From contig OZ024760.1 of NCBI GenBank assembly GCA_964016885.1, positions 5,146,001 to 5,210,000 of the forward strand: a DNA stretch of 64,000 nt, read 5' to 3'. Below, one piece after another: positions 54,614-64,000 of this stretch (positions are counted from its first letter, which is position 1; each line of letters opens with the position of its first letter). This DNA comes from Eledone cirrhosa. Its lineage: Eukaryota. Below the pieces are notes generated by a model. It searched no databases. It saw only the letters and a list, made by a program, of their open reading frames with translations, and was not told the origin of the DNA. The position numbers were made by a program, and so were the translations under genes.

Positions 54614-55383
54614 TCCCACTACCCCCACCCCATCCACACCACCCCTTCAATGTAAAGTTATGTTGGTGTCACAACATCCAGCCCGAAATAAATGAAGTCG
54701 TGTAGGTGTCATGACAAAAAAACACACAGTCCACGCTGTAATGTGGCCGTGTAGGCAACACGGTAAAAACCTCCCAGTCCCACACTGTAAATGTGGTTGG
54801 TGTTAGGAAGGGCATCCAGCTGTAGAAAACACGCCAGACAGTCCACGCTGTAATGTGGCCGTGTAGGCTACACGGTAAAAACCTCCCAGTCCACACTGTA
54901 AATGTGGTTGGTGTTAGGAAGGGCATCCAGCTGTAGAAAACACGCCAGACAGTCCACGCTGTAATGTGGCCGTGTAGGCTACACGGTAAAAACCTCCCAG
55001 TCCACACTGTAAATGTGGTTGGTGTTAGGAAGGGCATCCAGCTGTAGAAAACACGCCAGACAGTCCACGCTGTAATGTGGCCGTGTAGGCTACACGGTAA
55101 AAACCTCCCAGTCCACACTGTAAATGTGGTTGGTGTTAGGAAGGGCATCCAGCTGTAGAAAACACGCCAGACAGTCCACGCTGTAATGTGGCCGTGTAGG
55201 CTACACGGTAAAAACCTCCCAGTCCACACTGTAAACGTGGTTGGTGTTAGGAAGGGCATCCAGCCGTAGAAAACCCGCCAGACAGTCCTATGCGAGCAAG
55301 ACAACTACTTTTGCCTCAACCCCCATCCAAACCCATGCAAACGTGGAATATGGCCGTTAAACGATGATGATGATGATGATGAT
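54614..55383 (+). mobile_element. RTE 3'-UTR-derived element with 5 x 111/112-bp tandem expansion (54726-55281)
   Basis: ACAGTCC unit starts at 54726, 54838, 54949, 55060, 55171; (GAT)n tail. Confidence 0.85.
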
Positions 55384-55807
55384 ATATATGAGTAGAATAA
55401 CAAATCTACATAAACACAAAAGAACACATTTCACACATTTTCTGAATAATAATAATAATTTTATTATTGTTATTATCAATCAATGTTATCAGTAATCCCA
55501 TTACTTGGTTGATATATTAATTTGTCAACACCCCTCTCCTCCCTATACCTTCCTGCCCCTTCCACTCCTGAAAAACGCTGACAGACAAATTTGACCTTTG
55601 CCTTTCATAGTCCTAGAAATCAATACAATGTAGTACCTGTCATGTAGTGAACAATTGATCAGTTCGTGCCCCTCCCACCCTTATAATACAGAGAGGGAGA
55701 AAAAGAGAGATATCCTGAGTAAAGTTGGGTGGAGGAGTAATCACAATTAAAAAAGATATTCAATACATTAGTAGAGTGTAACCATGATTTTGTAATGTAG
55801 AAATAGC

Positions 55808-55852
55808 TTCTACAGGACTAGAACTGTTTCATTCATATGAAATCATCAGGAA
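55808..55852 (-). ncRNA. Type-I hammerhead motif, family B, in a degenerate palindrome
   Basis: ttc-CTGATGA-tTTCatatGAAt-GAAA-CAG..CTG-TA-gaa. Confidence 0.55.
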
Positions 55853-55912
55853 TGTATTTCATACGAGGTAACCAGTTCTAGTCCTTTACAAGCTATTTCT
55901 ATATTAAATAAC

Positions 55913-55944
<32 letters not shown>

Positions 55945-56339
55945 TTGGAAAATGTGTGAAATCCTTGGTACAGTTAGGTATATTTAAAAAAAGGAAAAGA
56001 ATTATTTCACTTGTAGTTCTAAACAATTTGATTTAATTTTATAATACTATGATTTGGTAGATCTAGTAAGTTCTTTGTTAACTTCGGTGGGAAGATTTTT
56101 AAAGATTCCTGGTTAACTTTCCTGGAGAACTTTCTTGCATTCATCAGTGGCGATTGTCAAACCGAGATCTGAAATCAATTATATCGATTACCACAGTACT
56201 TGACGGGTACTTTATTTTATCGACACCGGAAAACGAAGGGAAAAGTTGACCCTGACAGTTGCAATAAACACCGCAAAACATATCGCCAGATCATCTAACA
56301 ATTCTGTCAGTACATCCCCCTCAATAATAATAATAATAA

Positions 56340-56683
56340 TTGTTTCTGGTTTAGGCACAAGGCCAGCAATTTTGTGGATAAGGGAAAGTCGATTAAATCT
56401 ACTCCAGTCGATTACTGGTACTTTATTTTATTGACCCCGTAAGAATGAAAGGCAAAGCTAACCTCGACGGGATTTGAACTCAGAACCTAAAGGGCTGTAA
56501 CTATGCTACATAGTATATTGTACTGCCTCATACCAATACGGCCAATCTAGCCCCCTGAACTGCCAATAATGATTTCAACTTTAGGCACAAGGCCAGCAAT
56601 TTTGGGCGGCGGGGAAAGTCGATTAAATCGACACCAGTGCATTACTGGTACTTTATTTTATCGATCCCGTAAGGATGAAAGGC
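56340..56683 (-). mobile_element. Two adjacent SINE family 2 copies
   Basis: TTAGGCACAAGGCCAGCAAT 3' end and core repeated at ~56350 and ~56581. Confidence 0.7.
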
Positions 56684-56892
56684 ATAATAATAACAATCAT
56701 TAGCAACATAGGGCTGACATACAGAAAAGATAAAAGACCGCACAGGACGATAGTGTCAGAGTGTGTAAAGAAAGTTATAACAAAATCTAAAAAAAATAAA
56801 CACGTGACAATTCAAATAATAATAACAATAATAACAGTAATGATGATAAAAATAATTAATTATGATATTTAAAAAGCAGAGCAAGTATTTAC

Positions 56893-56909
56893 CCTGTATT
56901 AGCTGCCAT
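56893..56909 (-). CDS. HSDL2: HSDL2 exon 1 coding part (MAANTG, 17 nt)
   Basis: cacc ATG GCA GCT AAT ACA GG|GTAAAT; Kozak-like context, in-frame TAA upstream, phase 2 matches exon 2; orthologues begin M..NTG; total CDS 1230 nt = 409 aa + stop. Confidence 0.85.
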
Positions 56910-57497
56910 GGTGAACGTAGGTTATTAGCAGAAGGTTCAGAAAGGCGGTGTTGTACTGGAATTGTGTTCCGTCCTATTGTATGACCTTTGTACTCATCCG
57001 TTACCACCGCTGTCACACTCATGTAAAGCTAGAATAACAAACAAACTTTCGTAGTTTACACGGGGAGATAACTTTCACATAAACATAGAGTTGTTTTCCT
57101 TGCAAAACTTACGGGAGATAATTCTAACATTCGTAAAATTTCTCGTATTTGAACTACAGAAGTAAAATGTTTTTTTTTAAATAGTTCAATTATTTGTATA
57201 TAAAAATAATAAAAGTAATTATAATGGAGATATTAACAAGATATGTGATAGAAAGTCATGTAAAAGTATTTTTGATTCAATGAAAATCTTTCTATAGATA
57301 TTTATTAATAATTGTACATTCCATAATGAAAGTATTAATAGAGTTGTAGGGTCATACACAATCGCTGTCTGTATTAATTCACTCAGGTATTTTTGCGGGA
57401 TTATCCTAACGGCAGCTTCGATTGATAACAGACACTTGCCAGTCACTGATATATATAATTTATACATATCTATACACACATATATAAATATATATAT

Positions 57498-58780
57498 ATC
57501 ATCATCATCATCATCATCGTTTAACGTCCATCTTCCACGCTTGCATGGGTTTGGACGGGAGGTTTCCCACTTGAGGCAAGATTTGTTGTCCTGCTCGTAT
57601 AGGACTGTCTGGCTGGTTTTCTACGGCTGGACGCACTTCCTAACACCAACCACGTTTACAGTGTGGACTGGGAGGTTTTTACCATGTTACCTACACGGCC
57701 ACATTACAGCGTGGACTGTGTTTTTTTTTTTTTTGTCGTGACACCTACACGACCTCATTTGTTTCGGACTGGATGTTGTGGTACCAACATAACTTCACAT
57801 TTAAGGGGGTGGTGTGGATGGGGTGGGGGTAGTGGGACGGGGAGGGTATTTTGTTAGAGGTGCCTACTGACTGTAGGTTTCGCTTGGTACTTAGGCAAGG
57901 CAGGTCTTCTGTATGACTGTGTAGCGCCAAAGATCTCGGTCCAGTGACATTGTCTTGGAGAGGTGTAAGTGTGTGCGGTCGGAATTTATCAAGTCGTCCC
58001 AGGTTTTTCTGGGTCTGCCTACTCCGTGGCTACCGTCTATTTTTATCGCATTGCACTTTGTTATACAGCTGTCGTCTTTCATGCGCATCACGTGACCGTA
58101 CCAACGTAGTCTTCTCTCGAGTAAACAACATCTGATCCCTCTTATTCCTAATTTCTCCCTTAGTTCGTTTATGCTTTGCCGTTCACGTATATTACTATTA
58201 CACATCCAGCGGAGCATGCAAGCTTCGTTTCTCTCTAGTCTGCGTATATCCTCTGCACACAATGCCCAGGTCTCACTGCCATGTAACATTGCTGTTCGTA
58301 TGCAGGCATCGTACAACCTGCCTTTCATTTTTAGAGCGAACACTTTAACGGCTAATAGTGGTATAAGCTCTCTGAACTTTTTCCATCCAGTTCTGACTCT
58401 AGCTACTGTACTTTCAGAGCACCATCCCCCACTGCTGATTTTGTCACCCAGGTAACGGAAGGTGTCCACTATTTCTATAGTACCATCTGTGCAATGGAAT
58501 GAGCTAGTATTTTGTGGCACTTGCTGCTACTTATTGCACCAGAGCACCGGCCACATATAAAATCTATATTCTTAGTTAGCTTACCTGTGATCCCACAACA
58601 TCTTTTATGCACCCATACTTTGCATTTGGGACATAAAATGGAGTTTCTGCCTACTCCTTTCCTACACACTGAGCATGGCCATTTCCCAGATGGGACCGGT
58701 GCCCTATTTTCCTTCCTACAAACTAGAACTTTAGTCTTAGACAAGTTAACTTTAAGGCCTTTTGATTCTAGGCCATGCTT
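57498..58780 (-). mobile_element. 5'-truncated RTE LINE (ORF C-terminus with Cys/His PHD-like insert, frameshift ~58500, 3' UTR, (GAT)n tail)
   Basis: KTKVLV...WPCSVCRKGVGRNSILCPKCKVWVHKRC; FRYLGDKI; MLHGSETW; RRLRWYGHVMRM; GRPRKTW. Confidence 0.92.
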
Positions 58781-58846
58781 CTATGTTTGGAATATATATA
58801 TAAAATAATTAAGTCAAATATTTTTGGCTTCGTTTATTAAAGATGT

Positions 58847-58901
58847 ACTGCTATATATATTTCGGTGACAGCCATCATTGGCTGTGACCTCTTCAGGCAG
58901 T
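58847..58901 (-). ncRNA. Type-I hammerhead motif, family F (most canonical copy)
   Basis: ACTGC-CTGAAGA-GGTcACAGCCA atga TGGCTGTcACC-GAAA-TATATA-TA-GCAGT; G10.1-C11.1 pair. Confidence 0.82.
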
Positions 58902-59049
58902 CCGAATTGGTGTGGTAGAGACAGGTACACATGTTGTTGAAGTGTTTTACTCCGTCAATACTCCGATATGTCGAGCTCCTGGTTGGGTTGTTATTTCTCT
59001 GAGGAACTGGAATCATATGAATTCGAACAAACAACATATACTCAAAATT

Positions 59050-59085
<36 letters not shown>

Positions 59086-59089
<4 letters not shown>

Positions 59090-59159
59090 GATCCACATAA
59101 GGTGAAACATCTGTTCTCGGTATGATGAACTAACAGGTTGTGGAACTACTTATATATAT

Positions 59160-59195
<36 letters not shown>

Positions 59196-59232
59196 AGTTC
59201 CACAACAGTTAGTTCACCATACCGAGAACAAA
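59086..59232. repeat. Truncated family C hammerhead element with inverted partial copy
   Basis: TGAAGA-tCCacataaGGt-GAAA-CATCTG-TT-CTCGGT lacks the 5' stem I; inverted piece at 59190-59232. Confidence 0.55.
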
Positions 59233-59997
59233 TATATATATATTTATATGTTAATTTCATTCTTTTCTTTTTCAAATAATTCGGCTATTTCTAATCCAGG
59301 ATGCCCTATATATTGTGCGCGTGTGTGTGTGTTTGTGTGTGTGCGTATATGCGCATACATGTGTTTGTGTCCGTGTATGTATGGCCGTGTGTGTGTGTGT
59401 GCGTGTATGTGTGTCTGTATATATGTGTCTGTGTATATCCATAGGTGCCCGTAGGTGCGTGCATGTGTGTGTGTATGTGTGAGTGCACGTGTGTCAGTGT
59501 GTGCACGTGTTTATGTCCATGCGTGTACGTTTGTGTGTGAGTGTGTGCATGCATGTACGTGTGTGTGTGTGTGTCGTATACGTGTGTCCGTGTGTCAGTG
59601 TGTATGTGTTTCCGTGTGTATTGCGGTGAGGTGATTATTTATTCGTGTTGCTGAAGGTAGGGACCAGGTTGTCGTGTTTACAATGAAAGATATTTCCCTG
59701 AAAACTACACCCCAACGATCACCACACCCACTCCTACTCCTGGTGATGGGGAGAGGAGCCGTGTCTGAGGTAGGTGAGAGATGTCTAGCTGACATGAAGG
59801 TGACGCCCTGTGTAAGAGGACAGGGTTAAGGCAAGGAGCGTGAGAAGCTAACATCATCTGCCTCTCGTAATGGTGAGAAGTGTGGGGAGGTTTCTTAACA
59901 GTGGACAGCTAGATCAGTTGACTGTGTCTGCGTCTGTGAGTTTGTGGGATTGTGAGGGAGTGTGTGTATCAGTATATATGTGGGGGGGGGGGGGGGT

Positions 59998-60066
<69 letters not shown>

Positions 60067-60159
60067 TTTAGATCACTGGCTGGGCTAAAAAGCCAAATTC
60101 GATCGCAGCGCTGTTAATTGCTATCGTGTGTGTGTGTATAGATATGTTTATGTGTGTGC

Positions 60160-60193
<34 letters not shown>

Positions 60194-60321
60194 TATTATT
60201 GTTGTTGTTGTCGTTATTATTATTGTTATTATTATTATTATTGTTATTATGTTGTTGTTTTTTGTTTTGTTTTTCTCGTGCAATGGCCATACCCGATAAC
60301 GAGGGGGTAGCCATCATCATG

Positions 60322-60380
<59 letters not shown>

Positions 60381-60387
60381 ATATGTA

Positions 60388-60620
60388 TATTGTTATATTT
60401 GGGGAGAGTTATGTTGTTATAATATTGCAAGAAAAATATATAGTAAAACACACTCACTGTTTGGTTGGGGTTGTTTCTCTCCTCAGTATATTTAATATTT
60501 CTATAATTAATCCGGCTGGCAATCAATGCTTATCATTGATTGACCAACAGTTAAAATTATAGATATAAATATAGTTTCTCAGAGTTCTTTCGTCACACAC
60601 CTGTGACATCATCAGGTATG
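60388..60620 (-). mobile_element. Family E short element with hammerhead core at its 5' end
   Basis: CTGATGA-t-GTCACA ggtg TGTGAC-GAAA-gaac-TC (stem I not evident); body matches 47328-47505. Confidence 0.5.
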
Positions 60621-60809
60621 TTATTATGTTATTATGTTTCCTCCCATTGTATTGCTGTAATGTTTTCTTCATTACAGCAGAAGGAAACATAGAAGAAATT
60701 TCTGCTTAAACAGTTTAACTTGTTCATCTCTTATTTCTTTTACTTGTTTGGGATTTTTTAACAAACGTTAATCTATAAAATTTATTTACATGTTTATGGT
60801 ATACAATAA

Positions 60810-60990
60810 TTGTTTCTACTTTAGGCACAAGGCCAGCAATCACCCAATGCATTACTGGTACTTTATTTTATCGACCCCGTAAGGATGAAAAGCAAAGTCA
60901 ACCTCGGCGGGATTTGAACTCAGATCGTAAAGGGACGTAACTATGCTGGAAAGCATGGTGTCTGACCCTCTACCGATACTGCCAATCCAC
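60810..60990 (-). mobile_element. SINE family 2
   Basis: Reverse complement of 48734-48912. Confidence 0.8.
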
Positions 60991-61301
60991 CGTTTATGGT
61001 ATACAATAATGAAAGTATTTAAGATAAAATAAATAATAAACAAGAAGAGAGAAAAAGAGAAAGAGAAAATTTAATTCTAAAAATGTGAGTTGGAATGTAA
61101 AGATGGGGTAGTATTATTCCAAACAAAACAAAGTAGTGTATATATTATATAAAGTGTATAGGAAAAAAATCTTTAATATTAAAAATTCAAGCTAAAACAC
61201 AGTCGGGTCTTTAATATAACGTGTGTGTATAACTACACCACACACGCAGTATATATATATCACGATAAATTAACGGAGCCATAGACTCTCATTATTCCCT
61301 G

Positions 61302-61338
<37 letters not shown>

Positions 61339-61474
61339 GTGTGTGTGTGTGTATATGTATATATGTATATATGTATGTACATATATATATATACGTGTGT
61401 GTGTGTCCCGGGTTTGATCGGGGGTAACCACAGTAAGTAAGGTACTCAATAGATAGCAGAATATAGATATATAA

Positions 61475-61578
61475 TATAGAAATGTCTTCTACAGGACTAG
61501 AACTGTTTCATTCGAAGAAAATCATCATGATTTCCTTTGAATGAAACAGTTCTAGTCCTGTAGAAGCCATTTCTATAT
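61475..61578. repeat. Fold-back palindrome of family B element (core C lost at the axis)
   Basis: Inverted arms CTTCTACAGGACTAGAACTGTTTCATTC / GAATGAAACAGTTCTAGTCCTGTAGAAG. Confidence 0.7.
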
Positions 61579-62031
61579 CATATATATATATATTTCACTT
61601 TTTATACTATCGTTTGCGAAACTTGTTTGGATTTTGAAGTTCAGATTGATCTGCGGAAAAGGTTTGGATTTTGAAATTTAAATTTGTCCAGGTACCACGG
61701 CTATTTGCCAATATGAGTTTGTGTCTATTGATTTATTATTTTAAATCGATACAGGCAAACTATATTTATTTGAATTAGTTTATTTCATTCTAGCTAACTT
61801 CGTCTTTTACAATGCAAACACTTATGTGTTTATCATATATTAATTTATATTAACTTGTATTTCACGGCTCAGAAATGCTTCTTTCTTTAAGCTAATTAAT
61901 TGTAAATGACTGTTTGAGTTTAAACTCTAAATATAATATAATATATATATATGAAAAGATTCCTACTCTACTACCCCAAGTATTTAGCACTGTGGTGGGT
62001 TATGGTCCATCTGGTATTTTACCACACCATT

Positions 62032-62073
<42 letters not shown>

Positions 62074-62285
62074 GAATATACGAATGTGGTTGATAGCTGA
62101 GAGAACAGAGTACTCAATACCAAAGTACAGTTTTAATATTCAATATTATTAAGACTAAAAAGTGAGTCTTGTTACTCTGGAGTATTGCCTGTTTAGCACA
62201 GTTTCAATTAGAGGTAACCACAGTAAGTAAGGTACTCAATACATTAGAGTAAAGTGTATACAAAAAAATTTAATATGGAAATGGC

Positions 62286-62330
62286 TTCTACAGGACTAGA
62301 ACTATTTCATTTGAAGGAAATCATCAGGAA
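62286..62330 (-). ncRNA. Type-I hammerhead motif, family B, in palindrome 62274-62386
   Basis: ttc-CTGATGA-tttccttcaaat-GAAA-TAG ttctagtc CTG-TA-gaa; stem II weakened. Confidence 0.45.
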
Positions 62331-62378
62331 TAACCCATGATTTCCTTCGAATGAAACAGTTCTAGTCCTGTACAAGCC

Positions 62379-62427
<49 letters not shown>

Positions 62428-62651
62428 GTTTCAGGCTTATTGGGAAAAGAAAAAGGAATATCTCAACGTATCGGACCTAAGTCTTTCATCAGGAAAGAGT
62501 AAAGTTAGGAGAAAGTGGAAGCTGGAAGGTTGAAGGAAAAAATAGTTTTATCGGTTTGTGTGTGTACATGTGTATGTAAGTATGTGTGAGTGTGTGAAAA
62601 TGTGTGGCAGTGTGTATGTATGTATGTATGTATGTGTGTATATGTGTGTGT

Positions 62652-63962
62652 TCATTGTTTTCTAAGTACACTTGGGGGTAAAAGAGCTGAGGGCATATAA
62701 TAGTCAGGTACATAAGTGGAGAATGGTGGCCTCAGCATTGCAACAACACACTGGGGACAGGAACAAGGGGTGGGTGTCCAGGGTGGTCTGTTATAGAAGA
62801 CAGGGTGTCTGCTGTGGAGGTACTTCCGGGTCCCACTTCCAGGCTGAGACACATCTTCAGCAGACGGCAAAAAAGGAACCTCCGGTTGTGTGATGCCATT
62901 TGTGCTGTGCATAGTTACTACAGGTGACAGCCCAGAGGAAGTTTCCCTGATCAGAGAAGATGGTGATGATGTCATCCGTTGTGTGGTTGTCATAGTGGCG
63001 ATGGTTGTGGTGGTGGTGGTGGTGGTGGCAATGGTGGTTGTCATAGCACTGGTGGTGCTGTCAGGTGTGAGCGACCTCTGTTGGTGATACTCTTCACTAA
63101 AATGTCCATAATCATGCTGTTGCTGTTGTTGTTGTTGACATTGTCGTTCTGGTTGCTGTTGTTGCTGCTGTTGCTGTTGTTGACGTTGTTGTTGGTGTTG
63201 TTGCTGCTGTTGTTGTTGGTGTTGTTGCTGCTGTTGTTGCTGATGTTGCTGCTGCTGTTGTTGTTGTTGTTGTTGCTGTTGCTGTTGCTGTTGCTGTTGC
63301 CGCTGTTGCTCCTGTTGTTGGCATTGTCGTTGGTGTTGGTGTTGTTGTTGTTGTTGCTGTCGTTGGTCGACTGTGATGTGGACGTTAGAAACAAACTGGG
63401 AGCGGCCCGCAGCTTTCTGAGGTTGCAGCTGATGATGATGATGAGGAGGAGGATGGAGAGGGGGAAGAGGAGGGGGAGGAGGAGGAGAGGCATTATGAAG
63501 TGGTGTTAGATTCTGCCAATTCTGATGATGATGATGATGATGATGCGGTGAAGATATAGGAGAAGCAGAAGAATGAGGGGAAGGTGGAGGAGGATGAGAT
63601 GATTTAATGGCGGTGGCGGCGGTGGTGTCACGGACTCTTTGTCTCGGAAACATGGAAGAAGACGGAGAGTGAGAGTAAGGGGAGGAGGGGGAGGAAGAGG
63701 AGACAGGCGAAGTAGAGAGAGGGGGAGTAGGAGACGACGGCGATGTGGACGACACAGCTGACGACGATGATGATGGTGGTGGTGATGATGATGGTGATGA
63801 TGGTGGTGGTAGTAGTGATGATGATTGTAATGGTGATGGTGGTAGTGATGATGGTGGTGGTAGTAGTGATGATGATTGTAATGGTGATGGTGGTAGTGAT
63901 GATGGTGGTGGTAGTGGTGATGATGATGATGGTGGTGGTAGTGGTGGTGGTGGTGGTAGTAG

Positions 63963-63996
<34 letters not shown>

Positions 63997-64000
63997 GGTT
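62652..64000 (-). CDS. Probable terminal exon of an upstream gene: S/P-rich, poly-H/Q/T protein with a unique C-terminus; open to window edge
   Basis: Frame stop-free from 64000 to TGA at 62652; only triplet repeats inside; unique tail ...PPWTPTPCSCPQCVVAMLRPPFSTYVPDYYMPSALLPPSVLRKQ; no recognisable domain. Confidence 0.5.

Noticed and set aside
59620-59950. Unique non-repetitive segment as an exon
   Set aside because: No recognisable peptide or convincing splice pair

Overview
Eukaryotic (metazoan) genomic DNA. The (TA)n density and SINE/LINE content suggest a cephalopod such as Octopus (inference). One complete 8-exon gene lies on the minus strand: HSDL2, an SDR + SCP2 protein of 409 aa ending in the PTS1 signal -AKL (CDS 56909 to 31031, all introns GT-AG, phases consistent). 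A probable low-complexity terminal exon of another minus-strand gene runs off the right end. The rest is repetitive: an 18.5-kb ~20-bp satellite with higher-order duplications, a 7.8-kb 57-bp intronic minisatellite, long (TA/CATA)n tracts, CR1-group, RTE and Penelope-like relics, two tRNA-headed SINE families and a ~600-bp (TA)n-inserted RTE-derived mini-element. Almost all ORFs in the supplied track are repeat artefacts. The most notable signal is a dense set of type-I hammerhead ribozyme motifs: about 13 with a complete CUGANGA...GAAA core plus several decayed ones, in about 7 sequence families. They sit in short non-coding elements within (TA)n, often in fold-back palindromes whose axis lies at the ribozyme, and five are in sense orientation inside HSDL2 introns. 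All folds were read by eye and are untested.
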